From Candidatus Latescibacterota bacterium (GTDB lineage: Bacteria; Latescibacterota; UBA2968; GCA-2709665), in NCBI GenBank assembly GCA_965248435.1, contig OZ252100.1, positions 4,512,001 to 4,576,000 on the forward strand: a DNA stretch of 64,000 nt. Direction: 5' to 3'. This document shows positions 17,980-28,588 of the stretch, in pieces. The translations under genes were made by a program, and so were the position numbers. The notes beneath the pieces were generated by a model. It saw only the letters and a program-made list of their open reading frames with translations, was not told the DNA's origin and did not search any database. Each line of letters opens with the position of its first letter. The stretch's first letter is position 1.

Positions 17980-20397
17980 ATGCTAGAGGAACTGTCGGCG
18001 GACCGGGTCAGAAATATCTGCGATCCCAACCAATTGGGGCTCCAGACGACGAGGGATTGTCCGCCGCTCGAGGGGATCATCGGACAGAAGCGTGCCGTGC
18101 AGGCCCTTCAGTTTGGTCTGGAGATTCCTGAGCGGGGTTTCAACATCTACGTGGCCGGTCTGCCCGGCACGGGCAAGACCACTGCCGTGATCTCCTTTCT
18201 GGAGGAACGTGCTCGGAGCCGGCCGGTACCCCCAGACTGGGTCTATGTAAACAATTTCAAGGACCCGTACCAGCCGAAGGTGCTTAAGCTGCCGGCGGGC
18301 AGAGGGCGAGCCTTCCAGAGGGGAGTAAGGGCCTTCGTCGATCGGGCAAGGTCTGGACTTCAGCATGCCTTCGAAAGCGAGGAATACGAAGCGCGAAAAG
18401 CGGAAGTTCGGGCGGATACCGATGGGCGGCGAGATACGCTCTTCCAGGGCATGGCCGACAGGGCCAAAGAGGCGGGGTTTCTCTTCCAGGTCACGCCGAT
18501 GGGCATGGTCGTCGCTGCGTTGAAGGATGGAAAGCCAGTGGACGCCAAGGCTTTTGCGGAACTTGAGCCTGAGGTGAGGGAAGACCTCGAAGCGAAGCGG
18601 GAGACCCTTCAGGATGGGCTCAAAGAGGTGATTAAGGAGGCCCACAAGCTGGACAAGACAGCGCAGGAGCGGACCGAGGAAATGGATCGGGAGGTTGCCA
18701 TCTACGCACTCGGCCACCTGATGGAGGACCTCCTCGAGTCCTATTCCGACATTCCAGATATCACGGCATACTTGAAAGAGATGCACGAAGACATCCTGGA
18801 GAATATCGGCCTTTTCAGATCGAATCCTGACGAAAAGAAAGATCCGAGACTCGAGGCCCTTCTTGGGGAGGGGGCTGCGTTCCGAAAGTACGAGGTCAAC
18901 GTGATCGTGGATAACCACGGACGTGAAGGGGCGCCGGTGGTTTTCGAAAGAAATCCCACCTATCCGAACCTCTTTGGAAGGATCGAAAAGGAAGCTCAAT
19001 TTGGGGCCTTGCAGACCGACTTCACGATGATCCGCGGGGGCTCGATTCATCGAGCCAACGGTGGATACCTGGTGATCCCCGTGCTGGAGATGCTCAGAAA
19101 CCTCTACGCCTGGGACGGGCTTAAAGGAGCAGTGCGCAACGAGGAGGTCGTTATCGAGGAACTCGGAGAACGGCTTGGTCACATAACCACCCGCGGCCTG
19201 AGACCGGAGCCAAGTCCACTCGAAGTGAAAGTGGTCCTGATCGGAAACCCCATGTATTACCAGATTCTTTACAACCAGGACGAGGACTTCAACGAGCTGT
19301 TCAAGGTGAAAGCAGACTTTGACACACGCATGGATCGTTCGGAAGAGAACATTCGCGACTATCTTGCCTTCGTCTGTACGCTGTGTGAGAAAGAGGGCCT
19401 TAGACAGCTGGACAGCCGGGGTGCCGCAAAGGTCATAGAGTTTGGATCCAGACAGGCAGACGACCAGGAAAAGCTATCGACTCACTTCAGGTTAGTGGCC
19501 GATCTCATCCGGGAAGCGAATTTCTGGGCAGGGCGCGACGGGCAGGATGAGGTGGGCGCTCCTCACGTCCAGAAGGCCATCGAGGAGAAGGTCTACCGGT
19601 CCAATCTGATTCAGGAACGGATCCAGGAAATGATTCGGCGCGGCAGTCTGCTGATCGACACCTCGGGCCAGACCCCGGGCCAAATCAATGGGTTGGCGGT
19701 CCTGAATGTGGGCGATTATCACTTTGGCCGTCCAAGTCGGATCACGGCGAGCATCGGCCTAGGCCGGGGCGGAATTGTGGATATCGAGCGGGAAGCAAAA
19801 CTCGGGGGGCCGATTCACACGAAGGGGGTACTCATCCTGAGCGGCTACCTGGTGCAGCAGTACGCCCAGGACAAACCGCTCTCGCTCTCTGCCCGGCTGG
19901 TGTTTGAACAGAGTTACGAGGGCGTTGAGGGAGACAGCGCGTCGTGTGCCGAACTCTACGCGCTCCTTTCGGCCCTCTCTGACCTGTCGATCCGACAGGG
20001 GATCGCGGTAACCGGATCGGTCAATCAGAACGGGGACGTCCAGGCCATCGGGGGGGTGAACGAGAAGATCGAAGGATTTTTCGAGGTATGTAAGGCCGCG
20101 GGACTGTCGGGCGAACAGGGGGTGCTGATTCCGGACAGCAACGTCCAGAATCTCATGCTCAAAGAGGAAGTTGTAGAGGCCATCCGGGCAGGTAAGTTTC
20201 ATGTCTGGCCGGCGCAGACGATCGATGAAGGGATCGAGGTGCTTACCGGCGTGCCTGCCGGCGTTCGTGGCACAGATGGTACGTATCCCGAGGAGAGCGT
20301 GCACGGCCTTGTCATTGGCAGGTTGGACGAGCTGGCCAAACGGATGAAATCATTCGCACAGGACGAGTCACCAGAGAAGAGGTCAGAAGAGAACTAG
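17980..20397 (+). CDS. Lon-like (S16, LonB/LonC-type) ATP-dependent protease
   Basis: Walker A GLPGTGKT; 'NPTYPNLFG', 'HRANGGYL'; catalytic Ser in GDSAS and Lys in GGVNEKIEG. Confidence 0.9.
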   Translation: MLEELSADRVRNICDPNQLGLQTTRDCPPLEGIIGQKRAVQALQFGLEIPERGFNIYVAGLPGTGKTTAVISFLEERARSRPVPPDWVYVNNFKDPYQPKVLKLPAGRGRAFQRGVRAFVDRARSGLQHAFESEEYEARKAEVRADTDGRRDTLFQGMADRAKEAGFLFQVTPMGMVVAALKDGKPVDAKAFAELEPEVREDLEAKRETLQDGLKEVIKEAHKLDKTAQERTEEMDREVAIYALGHLMEDLLESYSDIPDITAYLKEMHEDILENIGLFRSNPDEKKDPRLEALLGEGAAFRKYEVNVIVDNHGREGAPVVFERNPTYPNLFGRIEKEAQFGALQTDFTMIRGGSIHRANGGYLVIPVLEMLRNLYAWDGLKGAVRNEEVVIEELGERLGHITTRGLRPEPSPLEVKVVLIGNPMYYQILYNQDEDFNELFKVKADFDTRMDRSEENIRDYLAFVCTLCEKEGLRQLDSRGAAKVIEFGSRQADDQEKLSTHFRLVADLIREANFWAGRDGQDEVGAPHVQKAIEEKVYRSNLIQERIQEMIRRGSLLIDTSGQTPGQINGLAVLNVGDYHFGRPSRITASIGLGRGGIVDIEREAKLGGPIHTKGVLILSGYLVQQYAQDKPLSLSARLVFEQSYEGVEGDSASCAELYALLSALSDLSIRQGIAVTGSVNQNGDVQAIGGVNEKIEGFFEVCKAAGLSGEQGVLIPDSNVQNLMLKEEVVEAIRAGKFHVWPAQTIDEGIEVLTGVPAGVRGTDGTYPEESVHGLVIGRLDELAKRMKSFAQDESPEKRSEEN

Positions 20398-20435
20398 CCC
20401 GAGGTTTGAGAATCGAGTAATGGAGGAGTCCAAAC

Positions 20436-21323
20436 ATGAACGCCGAACTCATCCGCGGGATCATCCCTGCGATGATTACCCCGATGACCGAGGAAGAGGA
20501 GCTGGACAGGGAGGGATTCAAACGGCTCATCGACCATATGATCGACCGAGGCGTGCACGGAATCTTCACGGTGGGAACGGCCGGCGAATTCTGGGCCCTG
20601 AGTGTGGAGGAGAAGCGACAGATCTACGGATGGACGGTGGAGGATGTGGATGGCCGCGTGCCCGTGTATGCAGGCACCTGTGCCAATACGACTCGCGAGG
20701 CGGTTCTGCTGGCCGAGATCGCCCAGGAGGCCGGTGTGGACTGCCTGTCGGTGCTGACGCCAAATTTTATTTTGCCGAATCAGGAGGAGATGTTCTCGCA
20801 CTACGGGGCGGTCGCGAAGGCGGTGGACCTCCCGATCCTGCTCTACGACAACCCCGCGCGAACGGGGAACAAGCTGTCCGTGGATCTGGTCGTCCGGTTG
20901 GCGGAGCGGTTCGAGAATATCGTCGGGATCAAGGACAGTTCAGGAGACTTCGCACAAACGCTGGAATACCTACGCCGCACCCCCGAAGGGTTCAAAACGA
21001 TCATGGGAAGAGATTCGCTGATCTACTCGTCTCTGACACACGGAGCCGCGGGCGCGATCGCAGCGACGGCGAACATCGGGCCCGACCTGGCTGTCGGGAT
21101 CTACGAATGCTACATCAAGGGGGACCTGGAGGGGGCGATGGCGTTCCAGCGGCGTCTCGCTCCCCTGCGTCTCGCGTTTTCAATCGGGACCCAGCCGGCC
21201 ATGTTAAAAGCCGGAGCCGAACTGGCCGGGCTTCCGGGTGGACCTCCGCGGAGTCCTGTCAGCCCCCTGACGGAGGATGAGCGCGAACAGCTTCAGAAGA
21301 TCATCGAGGGTGTAGAAATCTGA
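20436..21323 (+). CDS. dapA: Dihydrodipicolinate synthase-family lyase
   Basis: 'GTAGE', 'LYDNPART', Schiff-base Lys in 'GIKDSSG'. GTAGE rather than GTTGE leaves specificity uncertain. Confidence 0.7.
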   Translation: MNAELIRGIIPAMITPMTEEEELDREGFKRLIDHMIDRGVHGIFTVGTAGEFWALSVEEKRQIYGWTVEDVDGRVPVYAGTCANTTREAVLLAEIAQEAGVDCLSVLTPNFILPNQEEMFSHYGAVAKAVDLPILLYDNPARTGNKLSVDLVVRLAERFENIVGIKDSSGDFAQTLEYLRRTPEGFKTIMGRDSLIYSSLTHGAAGAIAATANIGPDLAVGIYECYIKGDLEGAMAFQRRLAPLRLAFSIGTQPAMLKAGAELAGLPGGPPRSPVSPLTEDEREQLQKIIEGVEI

Positions 21324-21488
21324 ATGCGAATAAAGTTCTCTTTAGGGACAGGCCCGTCCCAGGTGGGACGCCCCTTTCACAAAATGACACCAGCTCAGGG
21401 TTCTGATGGGCTCAATACAGTCCATATAAAACGTTGTTTTATAATATGTTAAAGCTAAAATGAGAAGATTTCATAAATGAAAAGGGCA

Positions 21489-21504
21489 CGGCATAGAGTT
21501 TGCC
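21489..21504 (+). promoter_or_regulatory. Possible sigma-54 promoter upstream of the metal-efflux locus
   Basis: CGGCAT-AGAGT-TTGCC (GG-N10-GC spacing correct), downstream of an AT-rich 8-3-8 palindrome at 21425-21443. Confidence 0.4.
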
Positions 21505-21598
21505 TGGAAACCTGAGGAGCTTTGATCTTCCTTGGGATCGTGTATATTCTGCTGGAATCACGTCACTTGCCGTTTTGTTTGAATGGAAGGAAGATGCG

Positions 21599-21943
21599 TT
21601 GATACGAGCCTCTTCAAGATACTTGATGGTTTTGGCCATCGTGCTCCCGGTCCTCAGCTGTTTCTGCTGGGTGCCGATCCAGGCAGAGGCCTGTCATTCG
21701 TCCGCAGAGATGGCCGATTGTTGCTGCAACGAACAGGGCATCTCCAAGGGTGGCACGACGGATCTGGTATATGTCCTCCCTTATCCCACGCCGAAGTTGC
21801 CCGAGCTCCAGAGTTTCGCTGTCCTTCAGAATTCCGTTTCTCTGCAAACCACCCTTTTCATCGATCGGGAGCCAACTGCATCCCACCTTCGTTCTCGATC
21901 CTTCCCTTCTTTATATCTCCTCAACTCCTCCTTCCTGCTTTGA
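21599..21943 (+). CDS. Small Cys/His-containing hypothetical protein upstream of cusCBA
   Basis: Within ORF 21500..21943, start uncertain (TTG 21599 or ATG 21626); signal-like N-terminus, ACH..DCCC, C-terminal 'SLYLLNSSFLL' of the kind often seen before heavy-metal efflux operons. Confidence 0.5.
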   Translation: MIRASSRYLMVLAIVLPVLSCFCWVPIQAEACHSSAEMADCCCNEQGISKGGTTDLVYVLPYPTPKLPELQSFAVLQNSVSLQTTLFIDREPTASHLRSRSFPSLYLLNSSFLL

Positions 21944-22206
21944 TCCTCTTCCAGTAGGGGAAGTGTGCACCTGGGTGGGGAGGGGGCGTTTCAGTCCCTG
22001 TCCCGCATCAGGAGTTTGCCAGGATAGGTGTGACACGCGTGTCGCACGTGATTGTCGAACCCTGCATCTATCCCCTACTCCCAACTCTCTTTTTCCAAAG
22101 TTCTCTGTTGCACAGTAGGATAACATCCAGGCCCAGGGTCTAATGGCTCTGGTACGCTATTCGTTTTGACTGGATGTTTGGACCTCAAAAATGGATGGAG
22201 ATGTCG

Positions 22207-23487
22207 ATGGGGACCAGACTGAAGCTTTTGAGATTACTGGGCGTCCCGTTGATCCTTGTGGTTTTGGGCTGGGAGCCGGCTCGCGCCCAGGAATTGGACC
22301 TGAAAGCACTCATAGACGAGGCGTTGACGAACAACCCGGAGCTGAGCGTGCTCGAGCATCAATGGGAGGCATTCGAGACACGGGTACCGCAGGCCGGGGC
22401 CCTGGATGATCCCGTGTTCCGGTTCGATGCCCTGAACCTGCCATCCAGCTCATTCGACTTCGACAGCACTCCGATGTCCGGGAAGATGTTCACGTTCAGC
22501 CAACAGGTCCCCTTCCCGGGCACGCTGGCGGCAAAGGAACAGGTGGCCCAGCACGCCGCCGCTACGGCCCTGGCCGCCTTCCAGGACCGGGAAGGGACGA
22601 TCGTCAGCCTGGTCAAGCAGGCCTACTTCACCCTGGCCTTCCTGGATCGGGCGATCGAGATCACAGCGAAGAACGAGGCGCTGCTGAAGGATTTTGTCCG
22701 GATCGCTCAGACGAAGTATGCGGTGGGGCGAGGGGTGCAACAAGATGTGCTCAAAGCGCAGGTGTCGCGTTCGGGGTTGATGGATCAGCTGTTGGTTCTC
22801 AAGAGTAAGCGTCGCATGACCGAGGCCAGGCTCAATCTCGTGCTGAATCGACCTCCGCAAGAGCAAGTGGGCATACCGGGCAAGGTCGCATTGACTCCGT
22901 TCCAGATGCCTTTGGAGGAAATCCAACAGGCCGCCCTGGACAATCGCCCCCTTTTGAAGGGGATCGACAGGACCATTCAGCAATGGGCAGCCTCGGAGAA
23001 TCTTGCGAGCCGACAATACTGGCCGAATTTCAACTTCAGCTTCGGTTATCGCCAGAGGGCGTTTATGCCGGGAGATCCTGTCGCGGGGAACGACTTTCTC
23101 TCGTTCGGGATCGGAATGAACCTCCCGATCTACCGCGGGCGAAAGCAGCGCCAGCAGGTGCTGGAGGCACAGGCAAAGTCACGGATGGCGGAGGCGCAGC
23201 GTCAAGCCGCGAGGCAGCGTGTCCTTTTCCAGGTACAGACGATCTATCTGGAGATCGAACAGCACCGGGAAGAGGCCGGGCTGTTCAAGACGGCGATTTT
23301 GCCCCAGGCTGAACAGTCTCTGGAATCGGCGATGGCGGGCTACCAGGTGGACAAGGTCGATTTTCTTACGTTGCTGAATAATCAACTCACGCTATTCAAT
23401 TTCGAGATCGACTACTTTCGACACGTAATCGGGCACGAAAAACGGCTCGCTGAGCTGGAGGCCGTGATCGGAAGGCGGTTGTTCTAG
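22207..23487 (+). CDS. cusC: TolC-family outer-membrane efflux protein (CusC-like)
   Basis: Signal peptide, 'ALTNNPEL', 'AGALDDP', 'SQQVPFPG', OEP repeats; first gene of the RND triad. Confidence 0.85.
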   Translation: MGTRLKLLRLLGVPLILVVLGWEPARAQELDLKALIDEALTNNPELSVLEHQWEAFETRVPQAGALDDPVFRFDALNLPSSSFDFDSTPMSGKMFTFSQQVPFPGTLAAKEQVAQHAAATALAAFQDREGTIVSLVKQAYFTLAFLDRAIEITAKNEALLKDFVRIAQTKYAVGRGVQQDVLKAQVSRSGLMDQLLVLKSKRRMTEARLNLVLNRPPQEQVGIPGKVALTPFQMPLEEIQQAALDNRPLLKGIDRTIQQWAASENLASRQYWPNFNFSFGYRQRAFMPGDPVAGNDFLSFGIGMNLPIYRGRKQRQQVLEAQAKSRMAEAQRQAARQRVLFQVQTIYLEIEQHREEAGLFKTAILPQAEQSLESAMAGYQVDKVDFLTLLNNQLTLFNFEIDYFRHVIGHEKRLAELEAVIGRRLF

Positions 23488-23509
23488 TCGACAGAAAGAG
23501 GCCGGTTTC

Positions 23510-24904
23510 ATGGATAAGAGACAAATCATTGCGGTCACGCTCGCCCTCGGGATTGGGATCGGGATCGGGGTCTGGATCGGTGGAGATGAGGGGACAGGTC
23601 AGGTGGGGGCGGAGGACGCGGTCTACTACTGTCCCATGCATCCCACCTACGTATCAGATAGGCCCGGATCCTGTCCGGTCTGCGGGATGGACCTCGTAAA
23701 AGAGAAAGCGCCGGCGGAGGCTCACGTGCACAAGGGCTCCACCGCCTCAGGAGAGCGGAAGATCCTCCACTGGCGCGCGCCGATGGACCCCAATTATACC
23801 TCCGACACGCCGGGCAAGTCCCCGATGGGGATGGAACTGATCCCGGTTTACGAGGACGAAGTGATGGGTGCCGGGGGAGGCGTCAGTATCGATCCCCAAA
23901 CGGTGCAAAACATCGGCGTGAAGACAGCGGTGGTGGAGCACCGGCCGCTGACCCGGATGGTGCGAACGGTAGGGCGCGTGGACTACGACGAGACCCGGAT
24001 CACGGACGTCAACACGAAAGTGATGGGATGGGTCGAAAAGCTGTTTGTGGACTATACGGGCCAATCGGTGAGCAAGGGACAGCCGCTTCTCGAGATCTAC
24101 AGCCCTGAGCTGGTCGCGGCCCAGGAAGAGTATCTGACGGCGCTGGACTACAACCGGCGTCTGGAGCAGGGTGCAGTCGAGGAGATTGCGACGGGCGCTC
24201 GGGAGCTGCTGAACTCGACGAAGCAGCGGCTGCTCTACTGGGACATCACAGAGGAGCAGATTGGCGAGTTGGAACGGACGCGCCTGGTGAAGCGGACGAT
24301 GATGATTCACTCGCCTCAGGAAGGCGTCGTAGTGCACAAGGCGGTGTTGGACGGGGCACATATCAAAGCCGGTCAGCACCTCTACCGGATCGCAGATCTC
24401 TCTCGCGTGTGGATCTATGCCGACATCTACGAGCACGAGCTGCCCTGGATCAAGGTGGGACAGGAGGCGGAGGTGACGCTTTCTTATGCGCCGGGCAGAG
24501 TTTTCGAGGGGAAGGTGACCAACGTCTATCCTTTTCTGGAGGAGAAGACACGAACCGTGAAAGTGCGGATGGTCTTCCCGAATCCTGAGATGGAGTTGAA
24601 GCCGCAGATGTACGCGAACGTAAAGATCAGGCCGGTAATCTCCAGGCACGCAATCGTCATTCCTACTCAGGCAGTGATCCACTCCGGGGAACGCAACGTC
24701 GTGATCCTGGATCTCGGGGAGGGACGCTTTCTGCCCAGGGAGGTCAAGCTGGGCGTCGAGGCGGAAGGGATCTATGAAGTGCTTGAAGGCCTTAAGGGCG
24801 GGGAACGGATTGTCACGTCTGCGCACTTCCTGATCGATTCGGAGAGCAACCTGAAGGCGGCGCTCGCCGGGATGGCCAATGGAGAGGAAGAGGAGGTCGA
24901 ATAA
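23510..24904 (+). CDS. cusB: RND efflux periplasmic adaptor with heavy-metal-binding domains (CusB-like)
   Basis: YYCPMHP..CPVCGMDL and WRAPMDP..GKSPMGMELIP domains; 'YSPELVAAQEEY', 'FLIDSES'. Confidence 0.9.
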   Translation: MDKRQIIAVTLALGIGIGIGVWIGGDEGTGQVGAEDAVYYCPMHPTYVSDRPGSCPVCGMDLVKEKAPAEAHVHKGSTASGERKILHWRAPMDPNYTSDTPGKSPMGMELIPVYEDEVMGAGGGVSIDPQTVQNIGVKTAVVEHRPLTRMVRTVGRVDYDETRITDVNTKVMGWVEKLFVDYTGQSVSKGQPLLEIYSPELVAAQEEYLTALDYNRRLEQGAVEEIATGARELLNSTKQRLLYWDITEEQIGELERTRLVKRTMMIHSPQEGVVVHKAVLDGAHIKAGQHLYRIADLSRVWIYADIYEHELPWIKVGQEAEVTLSYAPGRVFEGKVTNVYPFLEEKTRTVKVRMVFPNPEMELKPQMYANVKIRPVISRHAIVIPTQAVIHSGERNVVILDLGEGRFLPREVKLGVEAEGIYEVLEGLKGGERIVTSAHFLIDSESNLKAALAGMANGEEEEVE

Positions 24905-24948
24905 CCAGCGATGCCTGCCGGGCATCAGCATTAGCGAATCTCGCTAGA

Positions 24949-25053
24949 ACCGGGTACCGGGATAGGTAGATAGGTTACAGGGATCTTACGGTTTGGGGGC
25001 GACGCTGGGTCGCCCCGGGAAATCAAAACACGGGTACCGGGTACCGTAAAACC
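24949..25053. repeat. Composite interspersed repeat, copy 1 (ACCGGGT 7-mers flanking a GGGGCGAC/GTCGCCCC hairpin)
   Basis: Closely similar to 60886-60991 and partly to 46481-46575. Confidence 0.85.
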
Positions 25054-25092
25054 AGCTACCGGGACTCAGTACCAGAGATGGTCATGAGCCCG

Positions 25093-25116
25093 GTAGGGGC
25101 GAATCTTGTGTTCGCC
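25093..25116 (+). repeat. GTAG-type REP-like element
   Basis: GTAGGGGCGAA-TCTTGTG-TTCGCC: GTAG tetranucleotide plus imperfect palindrome. Confidence 0.6.
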
Positions 25117-25189
25117 TGTTAGGCCTGATTACGTGAATTGAGCGACCGCTGGGGTCGAACGTGTCAAGAGAAGGCCAGGGGATTTGATT

Positions 25190-28100
25190 ATGCTGGAAAA
25201 AATCATTGAAGCGAGTCTGCGGAATCGCTTTCTGATCGTGCTGGGAACGGCCTTCGCCATCGGGTGGGGACTCTACGCGATGTGGAATACCCCACTGGAT
25301 GCGATACCGGACCTGTCTGACGTACAGGTGATTATCTTCACAGAATTTCCGGGTCAGGCACCGCAGGTCGTTGAGGACCAGGTGACCTACCCGCTGACCA
25401 CGGCGATGCTGGCTGTTCCGTATGCGAAGGTGGTTCGCGGATATTCCTTCTTCGGGCTGTCGTTTGTCTACGTCATCTTCGAGGACGGAACGGATATGTA
25501 CTGGGCGCGCAGCCGGGTGCTGGAGTACCTCAACTTCGTCGCAGGTCGGCTGCCGAGCGGCGTGACCCCCACGCTTGGACCGGACGCGACCGGGGTGGGA
25601 TGGGTCTACGAGTACGTGCTGGAGGATACAACAGGGGCGCACGACCTGTCGGAACTGCGGTCGATTCAGGACTGGTACCTGCGATATGAACTCACGAGTG
25701 TGCCTGGCGTGTCGGAGGTGGCCAGCATAGGGGGTTTTGTCAAGCAGTACCAGGTGACCGTAGACCCCAACCGGCTTCTGGCGTATGACATGCCCCTGCA
25801 AAAGATCAAGACTGCGATCCGCAGGAGCAACAACGATGTGGGCGGGCGGCTGATCGAGATGGGCGAGACGGAGTTTATGGTGCGAGGGCTTGGCTACATA
25901 AAGTCTCTGGATGACATCCGGAGCATCCCGGTGGGGGTGGATGCCAACGGGACACCGGTCCGAGTCAGAGACGTCGCGACCGTAGAGTTGGGGCCGGAGA
26001 TGCGGCGCGGACTGGCCGACTGGAACGGCGAGGGAGAGATCGTCGGAGGGATCGTTGTGATGCGGTATGGGGAGAACGCCCTGGCCGTGATCAATCGGGT
26101 GCACGAGAAGCTGGAGGCACTCAAGCCCGGGCTTCCCGAAGGGGTCGTGATTCAGACGGCCTATGACCGGTCGGCCCTGATCCTTCGCGCAATCGACAAC
26201 CTGACGGAGAAGTTGATCGAGGAGAGCGTCGTTGTGGCGCTCGTGTGCATCATTTTCCTTCTGCACTTTCGGAGCGCGTTCGTTGCGATCTTCACGCTCC
26301 CGGTGGGCATCCTGATCTCCTTTACTGTGATGCTGAATCAGGGAATCAATGCAAACATCATGTCCCTGGGTGGGATCGCGATCGCGATCGGCGCCATGGT
26401 TGATGCAGCCATTGTGATGATCGAGAACGTTCACAAGCATATTGAACGCGACGGGGGGAAGAAGGAACACTGGGCGATCGTTCTGGATGCCTCCCGAGAG
26501 GTAGGTCCGGCGCTGTTCTACTCGCTGTTGATCATCACGCTTTCGTTTCTTCCGGTCTTTACGCTTCAGGCCCAAGAGGGACGGCTCTTCAAACCCCTGG
26601 CCTTTACAAAGACCTACGCGATGGCTGCGGCCGCGTTTCTCTCGATTACGATCGTCCCGGTGCTGATGGGCTACCTTATTCGCGGCCGGATTCTTCCCGA
26701 ACGGAAAAACCCGGTCAACCGGTTCCTGATCTGGGCCTATCGGCCGATGATCGATTGGGTGCTGCGCAATAAGGTGAAGACGATCGTTGTGGGCGGGGTC
26801 GTTCTGTTCGTGACGGTTTTCCCCTTTTCCAGCACGGTGCTGTCCCGGTTTTCGGAAAACCCTAGAAGCCTGAGCTACCGGGCGCTCGTAAACGTGGACC
26901 GGCTCTTTCCCCTGGAGAAGCTCGGTTCGGAGTTTATGCCACCGCTCTACGAGGGAGACCTGCTCTACATGCCGACGACGCTGCCCGGGATTTCGATCAC
27001 GAAGGCGAGGGAGCTCCTGCAGCAGACAGACAAGATCATCCGGACATTCCCTGAGGTCCACCACGTGTTCGGGAAGATCGGCCGAGCCGAGACGGCCACC
27101 GACCCGGCACCGCTGTCGATGATCGAAACGACGATTACGCTCAAACCGGAGAAGGAATGGCGTCCTGGAATGACACCAGGAAAGCTGGTGGATGATTTGA
27201 ACGAGGCCCTCCAGTTTCCGGGCTTGACGAACACCTGGACGATGCCGATCAAGACTCGAATCGACATGCTCTCGACAGGAATCAAGACCCCGGTGGGCAT
27301 CAAAGTCGTGGGGGACGATCTGGAGATCCTTCAACGTCTCGGGAGACGGATCGAGAAGGTGATGCGAAGGGTACCGGGGACACTGAGTGTGTATGCCGAG
27401 CGCGTGGCAGGGGGAAACTACCTGGACTTCGAAATCAACCGGGAGGAAGCCGCACGCTACGGGCTGACCGTCGGGGATGTACAGGACGTCATCATGTCGG
27501 CGGTCGGAGGGATGAACATCACCTACACGGTGGAGGGTCTGGAACGGTATCCGGTGAACCTGCGCTACGGGCGCGAACTGCGCGACAACCTGCCAGCGCT
27601 CAGACGCGTCCTGGTGCCAGCGCCGACCGGGGCCCAGGTGCCGATCGGTCAGCTGGCCGACATTCGGTTCAGAAAAGGGCCGCCGGGGATCAAGAGCGAA
27701 AACGCCCGTCTGAACGCGTGGGTCTATGTCGACATAAAGGGCATCGACGTTGGCACGTATGTGAAGCGCGCGCAGCAGGCCGTGCTGGAGGGCGTCGCCA
27801 TGCCGCCAGGCTATACGGTGATCTGGAGCGGACAGTATGAATACATGCAGCGGGCAGAGAAACGGCTGAAGGTCGTGATGCCCCTGACCCTGGGGATTAT
27901 CTTCCTGCTGCTGTTCCTGAATTTCCGAAATGTGATCGAAAGCCTCATCGTTATGCTCTCGCTGCCTTTCGCGCTCGTTGGCGGGATCTGGCTTATCTAC
28001 CTTCTCGATTACAACATGAGCATAGCTGTGGGCGTGGGCTTTATCGCTCTGGGAGGCGTAGCTGCAGAGACTGGCGTGGTCATGCTGATCTATCTTGACC

Positions 28101-28447
28101 ACGCCTACGAAGAGATGCGCCGAGAAAAGGGGGTCGGAATGGGCCTGAGTGACATCTACAGCGCCATCATGATCGGGGCGGTGGATCGGGTGCGGCCCAA
28201 GATGATGACGGTGACGGCGATTATGGCGGGACTGCTGCCGATTATGTGGGGCCACGGGACCGGCTCGCAGGTGATGAAGCGCATCGCCGCACCGATGGTG
28301 GGCGGGATGATCTCGTCTACTGTCTTGACGCTACTGGTCATTCCGGCGATCTATGCACTTTGGAAGGGGTGGGAACTGGGCAGGAAACCAGGGCAAGACA
28401 GAAGCGTGAAAGGAGAAGAGGGAGATGCGCAAGGCACATCCCGATAG
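25190..28447 (+). CDS. cusA: CusA/CzcA heavy-metal (Cu/Ag) efflux RND transporter
   Basis: 'LDAIPDLSDVQVII', 'GAMVDAAIVMIEN', Met motifs 'LYMP', 'PAPLSMIET', 'WTMPIKTRIDM', and 'RVRPKMMT'. Confidence 0.95.
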   Translation: MLEKIIEASLRNRFLIVLGTAFAIGWGLYAMWNTPLDAIPDLSDVQVIIFTEFPGQAPQVVEDQVTYPLTTAMLAVPYAKVVRGYSFFGLSFVYVIFEDGTDMYWARSRVLEYLNFVAGRLPSGVTPTLGPDATGVGWVYEYVLEDTTGAHDLSELRSIQDWYLRYELTSVPGVSEVASIGGFVKQYQVTVDPNRLLAYDMPLQKIKTAIRRSNNDVGGRLIEMGETEFMVRGLGYIKSLDDIRSIPVGVDANGTPVRVRDVATVELGPEMRRGLADWNGEGEIVGGIVVMRYGENALAVINRVHEKLEALKPGLPEGVVIQTAYDRSALILRAIDNLTEKLIEESVVVALVCIIFLLHFRSAFVAIFTLPVGILISFTVMLNQGINANIMSLGGIAIAIGAMVDAAIVMIENVHKHIERDGGKKEHWAIVLDASREVGPALFYSLLIITLSFLPVFTLQAQEGRLFKPLAFTKTYAMAAAAFLSITIVPVLMGYLIRGRILPERKNPVNRFLIWAYRPMIDWVLRNKVKTIVVGGVVLFVTVFPFSSTVLSRFSENPRSLSYRALVNVDRLFPLEKLGSEFMPPLYEGDLLYMPTTLPGISITKARELLQQTDKIIRTFPEVHHVFGKIGRAETATDPAPLSMIETTITLKPEKEWRPGMTPGKLVDDLNEALQFPGLTNTWTMPIKTRIDMLSTGIKTPVGIKVVGDDLEILQRLGRRIEKVMRRVPGTLSVYAERVAGGNYLDFEINREEAARYGLTVGDVQDVIMSAVGGMNITYTVEGLERYPVNLRYGRELRDNLPALRRVLVPAPTGAQVPIGQLADIRFRKGPPGIKSENARLNAWVYVDIKGIDVGTYVKRAQQAVLEGVAMPPGYTVIWSGQYEYMQRAEKRLKVVMPLTLGIIFLLLFLNFRNVIESLIVMLSLPFALVGGIWLIYLLDYNMSIAVGVGFIALGGVAAETGVVMLIYLDHAYEEMRREKGVGMGLSDIYSAIMIGAVDRVRPKMMTVTAIMAGLLPIMWGHGTGSQVMKRIAAPMVGGMISSTVLTLLVIPAIYALWKGWELGRKPGQDRSVKGEEGDAQGTSR

Positions 28448-28588
28448 CTGCTTGCCAAATGCTCAGATACGAGATTGAATGTCGCTGCTTCACGGGTGAC
28501 GATATCTTTTGGTGAGGGGGAATTAATGGCTTTATTTAGTGGTTGAACTTACCTGCCTACGCAGGCTTATAACCCTACTGAGGGGACC

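Noticed and set aside
23548-23580. GGGATC/GGGATT 6-bp tandem repeat
   Set aside because: Encodes the GIGIGIG membrane anchor of CusB; not an independent repeat.
24949-25116. Possible CRISPR array from the palindromic repeats
   Set aside because: Copies are dispersed tens of kb apart with no regular repeat-spacer pattern and no cas genes.
25082-28255. 1057-aa minus-strand ORF
   Set aside because: Antisense to cusA along its length with a His/Arg-rich composition typical of shadow frames.
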